From NCBI GenBank assembly GCA_000503835.1, contig CP006914.1:45790-109789 (forward strand): a stretch of DNA of 64,000 bases, in the 5' to 3' direction. This document shows positions 40,031-50,480 of this stretch, piece after piece. Position 1 is the stretch's first letter; every line of letters begins with the position of its first letter. A program made the translations under genes and the position numbers. This DNA comes from a candidate division WWE3 bacterium RAAC2_WWE3_1 (GTDB lineage Bacteria; Patescibacteriota; WWE3; UBA101185; UBA10185). A model generated the notes under the pieces. It was given only the letters and a program-made list of their open reading frames with translations. It was not told the origin of the DNA and did no database searches.

Positions 40031-41522
40031 GTATCTACCCTACGTTCTGTTCATTCTCGTGCATTTTTTTCTTTTAAATGTGAACACGGCGGAGTGGGGA
40101 GACTCATATAGAATACTCAGAGCTTCGGAATTTATAAGGGACGGGAGTTACCCTGAGGACGAAAAAAGACCACCTTTGTATTCTCTTGTGTTAGCCGCGA
40201 GACCCGCGGCAGCAGACCCCGTACTTTGGGCCAGGGGATTTATGTTACTGGCAGGTTTGGCCGGAATGTTTTTATTCGGGAAGTTTTTAAAGCAATACAT
40301 CAGGAACGAACGCTTCGTTTTTATCGGCATGTTATTTTTGTTGCTCAATCCTGATTTCTTATACTGGTCGATCCGGGTTATGGCGGATGTTCCGTTCGCA
40401 CTTTTAGCCCTTCTTGGAATTTACTTGTATAGAAAATGGAAGGATAATTGGACTTTTAAACGTTATTTCTTACTCGGTATTGTGGCCGGGCTTTCTATTT
40501 TAACCAGATTCGAAGGTTACATACTCGCGGCATCACTGTTCCTGTCTTTATTTATAGAACATAGGAAAAAGATCAAATATTATGTTTATTACGGGTTAGG
40601 TATTTTGCTTGTTGTTTTACCTTGGTTTTTGTACAGAAGTCCGTTTGCGTCTGAATACCTGGAAGAACCGGCAGGCCGCACTTATGACTGGACGATGATC
40701 TGGATTTACTTTGCCAGCCTATTAGCACTGTACGGGTTTGTTCCGGCATTTGCCCTACTCTCTGACCGCAAAAAGGATATATTCAGACTCTTTAAAAAGG
40801 AGCCTCACATTTCATTTTTCTTATTTTTCGAGCTCTTGTTAATACTTTTGTGGCCGGCGGCTATTCCGAGACTTTTTGTTGCGGTCGTGCCTATTTTAAT
40901 TCTTGTACTTACCCTGGTTTTGGAGAAATGGTGGGAGGACGGGAGGGAAAGCAAGAGTGTTTACGTAACGGCGGTGTCCTTACTATTATTTTATGTAGGT
41001 TCTCAGTTTTTTCTTAAATTGCAGTTTTTAATTTTAAATAAGGTACTTTTCACGACTCTGTTGATACTGCAGGTCGCTGCACTTTTATTTATCGTGAAAA
41101 AGAAATTCCGGCCGGCCGCAGTTTTGCTGGTTCTCACAATGTTATTTTGGTCGGTGTTTGTTATAAGACTGCACAAAGATATTTTTATTTCCGTAAAGAA
41201 CGCCGCCGAATACACCGTACGTAATCTTGAAGGCAAGGTTGCCTATAACGATGTCAGCAGTGTGTCCGACTTTTATCTGAATGTTTTGGATACTCCTAAG
41301 ATTTCCGGTTTTTATTACAACACGGAAAGTAAAAAGAATTTAACCTACGAGGCTTTACATCAGACGGGCGCCGATTATTTTTTAATTACAAACGAGCACA
41401 ACACTACCATGGAGCTGGATCTTGACTCCAGACCGTACTTAACTCCCGTGAAAGATTTTAGTTATAATGTAAACGGAGCCGAATTTTTTGCTAAAATTGT
41501 AAAGTTTGAGCGGAAGGACTAA
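39993..41522 (+). CDS. GT-C membrane glycosyltransferase, ArnT/PMT (GT39/GT83)-like
   Basis: 509-aa polytopic protein; the N-terminal loop EDEKRPPLYSLV resembles the ArnT/PMT catalytic loop. Confidence 0.6.
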   Translation: MKYMTLQPKIIFKYLPYVLFILVHFFLLNVNTAEWGDSYRILRASEFIRDGSYPEDEKRPPLYSLVLAARPAAADPVLWARGFMLLAGLAGMFLFGKFLKQYIRNERFVFIGMLFLLLNPDFLYWSIRVMADVPFALLALLGIYLYRKWKDNWTFKRYFLLGIVAGLSILTRFEGYILAASLFLSLFIEHRKKIKYYVYYGLGILLVVLPWFLYRSPFASEYLEEPAGRTYDWTMIWIYFASLLALYGFVPAFALLSDRKKDIFRLFKKEPHISFFLFFELLLILLWPAAIPRLFVAVVPILILVLTLVLEKWWEDGRESKSVYVTAVSLLLFYVGSQFFLKLQFLILNKVLFTTLLILQVAALLFIVKKKFRPAAVLLVLTMLFWSVFVIRLHKDIFISVKNAAEYTVRNLEGKVAYNDVSSVSDFYLNVLDTPKISGFYYNTESKKNLTYEALHQTGADYFLITNEHNTTMELDLDSRPYLTPVKDFSYNVNGAEFFAKIVKFERKD

Positions 41523-41524
41523 AT

Positions 41525-42211
41525 ATGAAGTTATCTATTGTTGTTCCCGTGTACAACGAAAAAAACACGATAGAGAAAATTTTAGGGGAGATAAAGGCCG
41601 TCGAAGGTCTGGATAGAGAAATAATAGTGGTGGACGACGCCTCAACGGACGGTACCACTGATATCTTAAAAAGGCTTGAAAAAGAACATCCCGATGTCCG
41701 TTTCTTTTACAAAGAGAAAAACAGAGGCAAGGGGCACACACTGAAGGTGGGGTTTGAACACACCACGGGCGATTACGTTATTGTTCAGGACGCCGATCTC
41801 GAGTACGATCCCAATGACTACCACAAGCTCATCCGCGCTTTAGACGAGCACCATGCCCAGGTTATATATGGAAGTAGATTTTCTGGAAGCTACGAGGATA
41901 TGTCCACGCTACATTACATTGGTAATAAAGTGCTCACCATAATCACGAACCTTTTTTTCGGAGTAATGCTGACCGACATGGAAACCTGTTACAAATTAAT
42001 GCCGGGAGAATTTGTAAGAAAAGTGAACATCAAATCAGATAGGTTCGATTTCGAACCGGAGATAACTGCCAAGATTCTAAAGTCAGGTTTGAAGATAAGA
42101 GAGGTTCCTATTTCTTACAGAGGCCGCACTCACAGCGAAGGTAAAAAAATAACGTGGCGCGACGGCATTCACGCCCTACTCACCCTGATAAAATACAGGT
42201 TTTTAGACTAA
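41525..42211 (+). CDS. GT2 polyprenol-phosphate mannosyl/glucosyl-transferase (DPM1-like)
   Basis: MKLSIVVPVYNE...VVDDASTDGT...VQDADLEYDP. Confidence 0.8.
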   Translation: MKLSIVVPVYNEKNTIEKILGEIKAVEGLDREIIVVDDASTDGTTDILKRLEKEHPDVRFFYKEKNRGKGHTLKVGFEHTTGDYVIVQDADLEYDPNDYHKLIRALDEHHAQVIYGSRFSGSYEDMSTLHYIGNKVLTIITNLFFGVMLTDMETCYKLMPGEFVRKVNIKSDRFDFEPEITAKILKSGLKIREVPISYRGRTHSEGKKITWRDGIHALLTLIKYRFLD

Positions 42212-42213
42212 TT

Positions 42214-44322
42214 ATGAAAATTACAAAGTTTATTAAGGAAAATTTTTTCATACTGTTGCTAACCGCATTTGTCATTATAAATATAGCGGTGAATTTCCGT
42301 ATAAACGTTTTCCGTTATAACAATTTTGATTTTGGGAAATTCGATCTCGGCAACATGTCTCAGATGCTTTGGAACACAATGCATGGAAGGTTCATGTATC
42401 TGACCGACTACTTTGGGACGAATCTTCCCAGATGGGCAATGAGCCACGTCGATCCAATCCTTTTACTTTTCCTTCCTCTGTTTGCGGCGTATCAGCACCC
42501 ACTAACGCTGGTGGTTTCGCAGTTCGTATTGGTCATCCTGTCTGCATTTTTGGTTTATAAGATAGCTTATTTGCGACTGGGATCAAAGGCGGCTTCGGCA
42601 ATGATCGGTGTCTCATACCTTTTATATCCGGCTCTCGGGTATCTGAACGCGTGGACCGGATTTCACGGTGTTACGGTTGCCATCCCGTTCTTTTTCGGGG
42701 CATTTTACGTTTTCGAAAAAATGTACAAGGATAAAAACTTCAGCAAAAAGAACTTAATTATATTTTGGATTCTTCTTGTCATTACGATGTCCGGGAAAGA
42801 ACAACTTCCTTTATATGTCGTTATGTATTCGCTGTTCATACTTCTGTTTAGACCGCTAAAGGAAGAGGGGAAAAAATTCTATCAAACGATTACCGGAAAG
42901 CTCGGTCTGTCGATGATGGTTGTTTCCACACTCTGGTTTATAACGGTCTTTATTATAATAATCCCGGCTTTTTCGCGTTACAGGGTCGAGGGATACAACA
43001 AATTCGCGCGTGAGATAGGCATAGCGGGGGACACTACACGCGACGTGTCAAAACCCAATTATTTCTTGAGCAGGTATGAAGCATTCGGTGAATCTTACAC
43101 CGATGTTCTTGTAGGAATGATTTTTGACCATCAAAAGGCAATAAGGATATTTTTCGGAGGCGATCGCATTGATAATCTGAGAAAAACCTTTGACCCTGTT
43201 CTATTCTTGCCGTTAGCTTATCCCCAGGTGTTGTTTATCGCAGTTCCCGACTTTATGATAAATTACCTGACTTCGGCCGACGGTGTCGGTACGGCTGAAA
43301 TAACAAACCATAGAATATCCATGATTATTCCCATACTTTTTATATCATCCATTTACGCCATAGGAATGCTGGCCGATACTTTGGGCAACATTAAAAAAAG
43401 ACGCCCTCGTGTCACGAAGGCCGTCCAGCTATTTTTTTCTCTGCTCCTTGTTATTTCAGGAATTAAAACATCGTACGCTTTTAATAACCCGGTTTACCTG
43501 TGGATAGACCAGGCCATCAGAAAAAGAGTTTTGGCAGAATCGGATCCCGGAGCTGTGTGGAAAAGCAAATTGAAGGTGGGGGAGGTGGTAAAACTACCTG
43601 ATTTGGATAACAAAGATGTTGAGTGCGCCGAGAAGATTGTTAATCTCATACCTGACGATGCTTCAGTTACCGGCCCCGACTATTTAGGCGCTCATCTCTC
43701 TTTAAGAGAGACTTACGCGATATTTCCCGGTTTGTACACCAGTGCGGATTACGTGATTGTTGATGTTTTTTCCCGCAAGATTCTGACCATTTTAGATGTT
43801 GAAACAAGTCTGGTGCGTGACGTTACCGCCGACATCATTAAAAGCAAGGATTACGATCTTTTGACCGGGTGCGGCAATCTGTTTGTTTTCAAAAAAGTAG
43901 GGTTCCATGAAAAGACTGACCTTCTTCCCATGCAGGAGAAATTTAGCTATCCGGCAAAATATAAGTACGATATTTTGTTCGGGACCGAAATTGCGGATTA
44001 CGACTACCCCAAACAGGCAACAAGAGGAGTTGCCGAAAACTTCAGACTCGTTTTTTATAAAAGAGAGAGTGACTCTTTGAACGGTTTTGTGATGTACATG
44101 ACTTTTATGAACGACAGGACGGGGGAATTGTATGAAATCGCCAACCTTCCGTCATTTTCACTTATACAGCCGGCCGACTGGGATTCGGGTCGTTACTATG
44201 TTGAGGATCTGAACGTAAACTTTCCGTCTTTTCTGGATGCCGGGGATTACAGAGTTTTCGTCGGAATGTCGAACAAAGTGAAAACCCGCAATTTATACAT
44301 AGGGAATATACTTATAAAATAG
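42214..44322 (+). CDS. Large polytopic membrane protein (DUF2079-like / putative GT-C) with a ~300-aa extracytoplasmic C-terminal domain
   Basis: ATG 42214, 3 nt after the upstream stop. ~12 TM helices followed by a soluble tail. The family name is from memory and not verified. Confidence 0.5.
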   Translation: MKITKFIKENFFILLLTAFVIINIAVNFRINVFRYNNFDFGKFDLGNMSQMLWNTMHGRFMYLTDYFGTNLPRWAMSHVDPILLLFLPLFAAYQHPLTLVVSQFVLVILSAFLVYKIAYLRLGSKAASAMIGVSYLLYPALGYLNAWTGFHGVTVAIPFFFGAFYVFEKMYKDKNFSKKNLIIFWILLVITMSGKEQLPLYVVMYSLFILLFRPLKEEGKKFYQTITGKLGLSMMVVSTLWFITVFIIIIPAFSRYRVEGYNKFAREIGIAGDTTRDVSKPNYFLSRYEAFGESYTDVLVGMIFDHQKAIRIFFGGDRIDNLRKTFDPVLFLPLAYPQVLFIAVPDFMINYLTSADGVGTAEITNHRISMIIPILFISSIYAIGMLADTLGNIKKRRPRVTKAVQLFFSLLLVISGIKTSYAFNNPVYLWIDQAIRKRVLAESDPGAVWKSKLKVGEVVKLPDLDNKDVECAEKIVNLIPDDASVTGPDYLGAHLSLRETYAIFPGLYTSADYVIVDVFSRKILTILDVETSLVRDVTADIIKSKDYDLLTGCGNLFVFKKVGFHEKTDLLPMQEKFSYPAKYKYDILFGTEIADYDYPKQATRGVAENFRLVFYKRESDSLNGFVMYMTFMNDRTGELYEIANLPSFSLIQPADWDSGRYYVEDLNVNFPSFLDAGDYRVFVGMSNKVKTRNLYIGNILIK

Positions 44323-44326
44323 GAAT

Positions 44327-45796
44327 ATGAAAGAACTGGGAAAATGGCAGATTATAAGTTTTGTATCCAGGTCCCTGGCCATGCTTTTGGGGCTGGTGCA
44401 GACGTTTGTAATAATCCGTGTTTTAAGCGTAGGTGAGTGGGGAATCGTTCAACTGGCGATATCTATAGGCGGCGCTTTGGGGATATATCAGCACCTCGGA
44501 CTTGCTTCGGCCAGTACCCGTGAAATTTCCTCGGCCGATGACGACAAAGAAGTTTTCAAGATATTTGTTACATCAGCTTTTATAAGGTACGCTATCACAC
44601 TTCCTATCGCAGTCGGTCTCTTTTTTGCGGCGAATTATGTAGCCGTCGGTATCTATAAGAACGCAGCTCTCGTCCTTCCCATTAAAATCTATGCCCTGAC
44701 TTTAATTTTTCAGGGGGTTCAAAGCATACTGAATTCGGTCATCTCGGGAACAAAAAGGTTCAAACAACTTTTCCTGTACCAGGTGGCAATCGCTGCCGTG
44801 AGTGTAGTTATTTTTATTCCCCTGGTTTTAGCGTACAGAGTTAACGGATATTTTTACGCGTTTTTTCTGTTCAACGCCCTCAGTTCTATCGTTCTAAGTT
44901 ACATGGCATTTAAACCTCTAAGAGGCAGTATGCAGTTTCCGAGCCGCTCGGATTTTAAACGTCTCTTTAAAGAAATATTTTCTATTTCGATGGCGATATA
45001 TCTTGTGAAAATTATCTACACAAACTGGGAGAAGTTCGGTAGTAATGTTCTGGGTTTATTTAACTCTCCCGAGATTGTGGCCATTTTTGCATTCGCTCTT
45101 TTGTATGCAAAAAAATTAATGAGCATTTCTGACGCCGTTACGGATGTGAACCTTCCGGTCCTTTCCGAAAAATATGTTAAGAACGTCGACGATTTTAAAA
45201 GACTTTTTACGAGGAATTTTGACAAGATATTTATCAGTGTTATAGCTGTGGCGGCTTTCGCGTCGTATTGGGCGCCTGAAATCGTGAGTTTGGTTGTAGG
45301 AGGGGACAAATATGCGGATTCTTACACCCTTATATCACCGGTAATTTTCGCTTTTATCCTTTATTCTTTTATTAATATCGTGAAATCCAGCGTTCTCATT
45401 CCGGCAAAAATGGTGAAACACATGATTATAGGATTTGTTCTGTTGCTGGTGTCCTCAGCGGTGTTCTTTTTCGGCACCTATCACGGCATCGGAGCGCTTC
45501 CGGGAATGGCGTGGGGGATGGCATTCGGAGCGACGGTGTCCTTTATATATATAAATATTGCCATAAGTAAAAAATTAAAATTCAGCTATTTCAACATAGA
45601 CCACCTTGCTATTCTGATTCAGGCGTTTTCGATTTCAATGGTCGCAATGCTTCCGCCCAATATAAAAATACCGTTCTTTTTTGTTTTGTTCGGTATGTTA
45701 ATTTGGGCATTCTTTATCCCGGGGTACCTGACCAAAAGTGAAATAAGAAACGGATTTGATTACGCGAAGAAATTTGTTAAAGCATTGAAGAGGTAG
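44327..45796 (+). CDS. Wzx-type oligosaccharide flippase (MOP/polysaccharide biosynthesis protein family)
   Basis: 489 aa, ~12 TM helices, N-terminal ...RSLAMLLGLVQTFVIIRVLSVGEWGIVQLAISIGG. Confidence 0.7.
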   Translation: MKELGKWQIISFVSRSLAMLLGLVQTFVIIRVLSVGEWGIVQLAISIGGALGIYQHLGLASASTREISSADDDKEVFKIFVTSAFIRYAITLPIAVGLFFAANYVAVGIYKNAALVLPIKIYALTLIFQGVQSILNSVISGTKRFKQLFLYQVAIAAVSVVIFIPLVLAYRVNGYFYAFFLFNALSSIVLSYMAFKPLRGSMQFPSRSDFKRLFKEIFSISMAIYLVKIIYTNWEKFGSNVLGLFNSPEIVAIFAFALLYAKKLMSISDAVTDVNLPVLSEKYVKNVDDFKRLFTRNFDKIFISVIAVAAFASYWAPEIVSLVVGGDKYADSYTLISPVIFAFILYSFINIVKSSVLIPAKMVKHMIIGFVLLLVSSAVFFFGTYHGIGALPGMAWGMAFGATVSFIYINIAISKKLKFSYFNIDHLAILIQAFSISMVAMLPPNIKIPFFFVLFGMLIWAFFIPGYLTKSEIRNGFDYAKKFVKALKR

Positions 45797-45797
45797 T

Positions 45798-47372
45798 ATG
45801 AAATTATGGAGCAGATCGCCGGATCTTATTAAAAACAAGTATATTGCTATCATTTTCTTCATTGTAGTTTTTTCCTTAACACGTTTTCTTTTTCTCGGAT
45901 CCGATGAGATAAATCCTGACGGAGTTAACTGGCATTATAGGTCGCAGCAATTTATTGTCGGTTTAAAATCGGGAGATTTTGAGCGAACTTACCAGCATTA
46001 CCACCCGGGCGTTACCTTAATGTGGATTACCGGAGTGCCGATTGAGCTCTACAAACAAATCACCGGCATCACCGCGTACGATCAGTTTAATTTTTCGGCA
46101 TTTAACACGGTTGCCAAAGTTTCTGTGGTCCTGGTCCAGCTAATTCTGACTTTTATCCTTTTATATCATCTTTCTAAGATTGTGGGGTTCAAAACCGCTT
46201 ATTTTTCGGTATTTCTATTCTCATTAGAACCTTTTTTTATGGGCAATTCCCGTTTGTACCACATGGACGTACTGCTGACCCTTTTTGTGTTTGTTGCCCT
46301 GCTTATAAGCTGGGTGAATTTGAAGGATTTTAGCTATAAAAAATCATTTCTGGCGGGCATATTTCTTTCGCTTTCGTTCCTGACCAAGAGTATCGGAATA
46401 GGTGCCTTATTCTTTGTTTTGCTCTTTTCCACCGCCTATTTCGCGAATAAAAAGGACATGAAAGGGCTGTTGAAGTATTTTTCCACAATTCTCGGGGCTT
46501 TTGTCTTAACAACTTTTATCCTCTTTCCGGCATTATGGGTGAGACCGGCATTTTATTTATCCGAAATATTTGCCGAGTCAGAAAGGGTCGGAATTAGAAA
46601 AGGACACGAGCAAATAATATTAGGAGAGACAACTCAGGACGCAGGAATTTTATTTTATCCGCTGGTAGTATTTATGAAAACAACACCTTTTTTATTGATA
46701 GGATTAGTTCTGTGTTTTGTTAAATGTTTCAGGTCCTATACAGCGCCCGCAAAAAACATCAGCTCGAAATATTCCAACCCTTATCTTTATCTCGGGTTGT
46801 TTTATCTCGGATATTTTTTCGTAATGATCTACCCGTCGAAGAAACTGGACAGGTATATGCTCCCTCTTTACCCTTTCTTAGCGTTAGCGGCTTCGTACGG
46901 AATTATAAGATCCTATTCCTTAATAAAAACGGCAAAGATGAAAAAGATATTTATGAGCGGGGTGGTATTTTTGTTCACGCTTTTTTATATTGTTCCGGCA
47001 ATCTCTTATTTTCCTTATTATTTCACGTATACAAGCCCTTTGTTCGGTTCACCCGTTTCGGCCAACAGAGTAATCGCTCAAAAACCTTTCGGTATAGCAG
47101 TTCCTGCTCTCAGGGATTACATAATCGACAGGTACGGCGGCGAGCCGGAGCTTGGTTTTATCGATACAAAACCCATGAAATCCATTTATTCAAATTCAAA
47201 AGTTGCGGATATCAGGGTAAACGGAACAAGTGATTATGAACTGTTAATTTTAGGAATAAACGAGGAAATGCCTGAAAAGGTTTTAAAGAGCGGCACAAGA
47301 TTCAGAAAAGATTCTTCGCTGTACGTTAACGGTCTGGAGTACTGGAGAATATATGTCAAAGAAGACAAGTAG
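45798..47372 (+). CDS. GT-C membrane glycosyltransferase, ArnT/PMT-like (paralog A)
   Basis: Polytopic; YHPGVTLMWI, LEPFFMGNSRLYHMD, KKLDRYMLPLYPF motifs are shared with the 48864 gene. Confidence 0.65.
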   Translation: MKLWSRSPDLIKNKYIAIIFFIVVFSLTRFLFLGSDEINPDGVNWHYRSQQFIVGLKSGDFERTYQHYHPGVTLMWITGVPIELYKQITGITAYDQFNFSAFNTVAKVSVVLVQLILTFILLYHLSKIVGFKTAYFSVFLFSLEPFFMGNSRLYHMDVLLTLFVFVALLISWVNLKDFSYKKSFLAGIFLSLSFLTKSIGIGALFFVLLFSTAYFANKKDMKGLLKYFSTILGAFVLTTFILFPALWVRPAFYLSEIFAESERVGIRKGHEQIILGETTQDAGILFYPLVVFMKTTPFLLIGLVLCFVKCFRSYTAPAKNISSKYSNPYLYLGLFYLGYFFVMIYPSKKLDRYMLPLYPFLALAASYGIIRSYSLIKTAKMKKIFMSGVVFLFTLFYIVPAISYFPYYFTYTSPLFGSPVSANRVIAQKPFGIAVPALRDYIIDRYGGEPELGFIDTKPMKSIYSNSKVADIRVNGTSDYELLILGINEEMPEKVLKSGTRFRKDSSLYVNGLEYWRIYVKEDK

Positions 47373-48867
47373 TCTTTTATACTTGATAATATTTCTTGCC
47401 CTGGTTTTGAGACTGGCAGGAATAAGTCACGGGTTCCCGTTTATTTTTCATCCCGACGAACCGACCATAGTTCAATCGGCTCTCGGAGTGAGGTTCGATC
47501 CGAATCCTGGTCATTTCGACTGGCCCCATTTTTTTATATACGCTAATTATTTTGTTTTTAACATCTTTGCCAAAATCCGTGACCTCGCTGTAGATTACAA
47601 CATTCAGAACTTCATGATAAAAATATTTCCATTAATGTGGGACGACACCGTCGTATTTTATTTTATTACGCGCGTTTTTGTGGCAGTGCTCGGGGGGCTC
47701 ACTGTTATTCCCGTATATAAAACAGGAAAAGTTCTTTTCGGCGAGAAAGTGGGTTTACTGTCGGCTCTGGCTTTTGCCGTGATACCTTTTCATGTCCGGC
47801 ACTCTCATTACTCCCTGCCGGATACGCCCATGTTGTTCTTCTTATCCTGGGGGATTTACTTTGCAGCCCGAATTCTATCTCAGGGATACCCTATAGACTA
47901 CGTCTTTTCGGGTTTGTTTATAGGAATAGCCGCCTCAACCAAGTATAACGGGGGTCTGGGAGCCCTTACGGTGCCTTTGGCGGCGTTTTTACGCCGGGTG
48001 CTGGTGAAAATGCGTCTCTCGGAAAATTTATCAGAAACAAGGGGGGATTTTCCCTATTTTAAGACCGTTCTGAACCTTATTTTGTCCGGAATTTTTGCTT
48101 TTTTGGGGTTTGTCCTAGGAACTCCTTACTCGGTACTGGATTACAAGACTTTTAGCAGGACAGACTCGCCGCTGGGGGCCTTTTGGCAGTTCACAAATGT
48201 CGGTTCCGTGGATTTTGCGGAGCACGTTAGTAAATTTTTCACTGATATTAGTTTTAAGATCTCAGATGATATGGGGTACACAATTTTGGTCTCTCTCTTT
48301 TTAACTTTAGGTGTAGTGTTAATAAGATTTTTGAAAGGTACGTTTTCAAGATTCGATGTATCGTTAATGTTTTTAATTGTTTCGGCGTTAGTTTTCATTT
48401 ACTACATCTCAGGTTTTGAAAAAAGCCGTTCGCAATATTATTTCATTATTTATCCTTTTGTATCCGTAGTTTTCGGTTATTTTTGTGTGTGGGTAGTGAA
48501 TAAGATAAGTTTGGGAATGAAGCCTCTTTATTTTCCAGTCATACTCCTGCTATTTTTAGCGCCTTTTTACCTTTCGGTTGATACCGCTGTGAGATTTTTG
48601 AGAAATGACACCCGTCTTGACCTGAAAAAATTCTTAGAGACGGAAGTACCGTTTGGCACGAGGGTAGTTTACGGAAGTTCGGACGCCGCGGCGGTATCGA
48701 AATACGTTTTTAACAACGCAGTAAAAGATCCCGGTAAGTTACCTAAAGGAACGCGGTATTATTACATAGAATTAAACAAGGGCGTCTCTTCAGGCCGTGC
48801 TATTTTCGAGGTGTCCAATAAGGGCAGAATAGGGCCGTATATCACTGTCGAGGAGATGATTAGATGA
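47353..48867 (+). CDS. GT-C membrane glycosyltransferase, ArnT/PMT-like
   Basis: MSKKTSSLLYLIIFLALVLRLAGISHGFPFIFHPDEP: ArnT-type N-terminus with a DE-containing first loop. Confidence 0.65.
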   Translation: MSKKTSSLLYLIIFLALVLRLAGISHGFPFIFHPDEPTIVQSALGVRFDPNPGHFDWPHFFIYANYFVFNIFAKIRDLAVDYNIQNFMIKIFPLMWDDTVVFYFITRVFVAVLGGLTVIPVYKTGKVLFGEKVGLLSALAFAVIPFHVRHSHYSLPDTPMLFFLSWGIYFAARILSQGYPIDYVFSGLFIGIAASTKYNGGLGALTVPLAAFLRRVLVKMRLSENLSETRGDFPYFKTVLNLILSGIFAFLGFVLGTPYSVLDYKTFSRTDSPLGAFWQFTNVGSVDFAEHVSKFFTDISFKISDDMGYTILVSLFLTLGVVLIRFLKGTFSRFDVSLMFLIVSALVFIYYISGFEKSRSQYYFIIYPFVSVVFGYFCVWVVNKISLGMKPLYFPVILLLFLAPFYLSVDTAVRFLRNDTRLDLKKFLETEVPFGTRVVYGSSDAAAVSKYVFNNAVKDPGKLPKGTRYYYIELNKGVSSGRAIFEVSNKGRIGPYITVEEMIR

Positions 48868-50480
48868 TGCTTAAATTGCTCAAAAATTACAAAATAGAAA
48901 TAATTTTCGTCTTACTTTTTATATTGTCCAGGTTTCCTGACCTTGGGTACGACGTCTTCAATACCGACGTGTGGAAATGGAAAGCCAGGAGCTACGATTT
49001 CGGAACCGGTGTTTTTACATGGGATTTGGAAAAGACAATTCAGAAATATCACCCGGGTGTCACTTTGATGTGGCTCGGAACCGCGGCAATCAAGGTTTAC
49101 AATTTTTATTCCGGATACTATCCGGTGGAAAATAATACCCAAATGATCTTTCAACTGCACTTTGTACAGAAACTTTTTGTTACGACGGCAGTAGCTGTAA
49201 CTTTGGCGTTCGGTCTTTTTGTATTAAAAAAGTTATTCGGGGCAAGAAAAGCCTTGCTCGTTGTTGCATTACTTAGTTTAGAACCTTTTTACATTGCACT
49301 GACACGCGTTTTTCATTTGGAGGGATTAATGTCGACTTTCATGTTTGCATCGTTTCTCTGGCTTTATTATTACACCCTCGATGTAACCAAGAAAAAAAGG
49401 TTATTACTTTCGGCGGTATTTGCCGGTTTGGCGTTCTTGACCAAGACATCGGCGTTATTTATGTTCCCTTATGCGGGGTTAATTCTGTTGCTGGAGGGTT
49501 GGAAGAGATCAAAGAATTTTGCGGGGGCCGTACGCGATGCTCTGCCGAAGATAGGGCAGTGGATTTTGGTATTCGCGGTCGTATTTGTGGCAGTTTGGCC
49601 AGCTATGTGGGCTTTTCCGAGCCAGGCTCTAAGTGCATTGTATAGAGGGGTTTCGGAGATAGGGATTGAGAGGGAGCACGTGCAATTCTATTTCGGCAGT
49701 CTCGTCGAAGATCCCGGCTTTTTTTACTATTTTGTAGTTTTGGGGCTAAGGTCCTCGTACCTGTTAATTTTAGGTTTAGCCGGTGTCGCGGTCTTTTGGA
49801 AAAAAATATTCAATGAAGGACAACGAAAGTTTTTGTTCTACATTTTGTTATTTGTAGGATTTTACTTTGCACAGTTGATTATCCCTACGAAAAAGCTGGA
49901 CCGCTACATTCTGCCGAATATTATGATGCTCTCTCTTGTCACTTCTTTGTTCTGGATTTGGGTTCTGGAAAAGATAAAAGGCAGAAGCTTTCTCAAATTC
50001 ATCCCGTTGGTAGCAGTGGCAATAATTCCGATGTTATATCTTCATCCTGATTATTTGTCGTATTACAACCCGATCTTCGGCGGCCTTAAAAAAGGAATAA
50101 ACGTTTTGGAACCTAAATGGATGATCGGGGGCAAAGAAATAATAGCTTTCTTTGAACAAAAAATGATCGAAGATGGGACACAGCCGGTATACAGCGATAC
50201 TTCGCCGGAGAGAATAATGAACGGTACGGGCACGCCAAATATACTAACCGTAGCTTTCCAGGAAAAATATTATACTCAGATACATCCTTTTTTCCGTAGA
50301 ATAGGGGGATTTGCGGTCATCGAGGATCTTACGCCTTTTGCGGTCAAGACAAAATATTTTGTCTACCCGGTCTGGAACGACGTTTCTGCGGAAGAAAAAA
50401 GATTCGGGCTCAGGTACATCGATAGTATTTATCTCCGGGGCGTGGAGGTGTACAGGGTCTACGAAAGAACTCCATTATGA
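48864..50480 (+). CDS. GT-C membrane glycosyltransferase, ArnT/PMT-like (paralog B of 45798)
   Basis: YHPGVTLMWLG, LEPFYIALTRVFHLEG, KKLDRYILPNIMM. Confidence 0.65.
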   Translation: MMLKLLKNYKIEIIFVLLFILSRFPDLGYDVFNTDVWKWKARSYDFGTGVFTWDLEKTIQKYHPGVTLMWLGTAAIKVYNFYSGYYPVENNTQMIFQLHFVQKLFVTTAVAVTLAFGLFVLKKLFGARKALLVVALLSLEPFYIALTRVFHLEGLMSTFMFASFLWLYYYTLDVTKKKRLLLSAVFAGLAFLTKTSALFMFPYAGLILLLEGWKRSKNFAGAVRDALPKIGQWILVFAVVFVAVWPAMWAFPSQALSALYRGVSEIGIEREHVQFYFGSLVEDPGFFYYFVVLGLRSSYLLILGLAGVAVFWKKIFNEGQRKFLFYILLFVGFYFAQLIIPTKKLDRYILPNIMMLSLVTSLFWIWVLEKIKGRSFLKFIPLVAVAIIPMLYLHPDYLSYYNPIFGGLKKGINVLEPKWMIGGKEIIAFFEQKMIEDGTQPVYSDTSPERIMNGTGTPNILTVAFQEKYYTQIHPFFRRIGGFAVIEDLTPFAVKTKYFVYPVWNDVSAEEKRFGLRYIDSIYLRGVEVYRVYERTPL

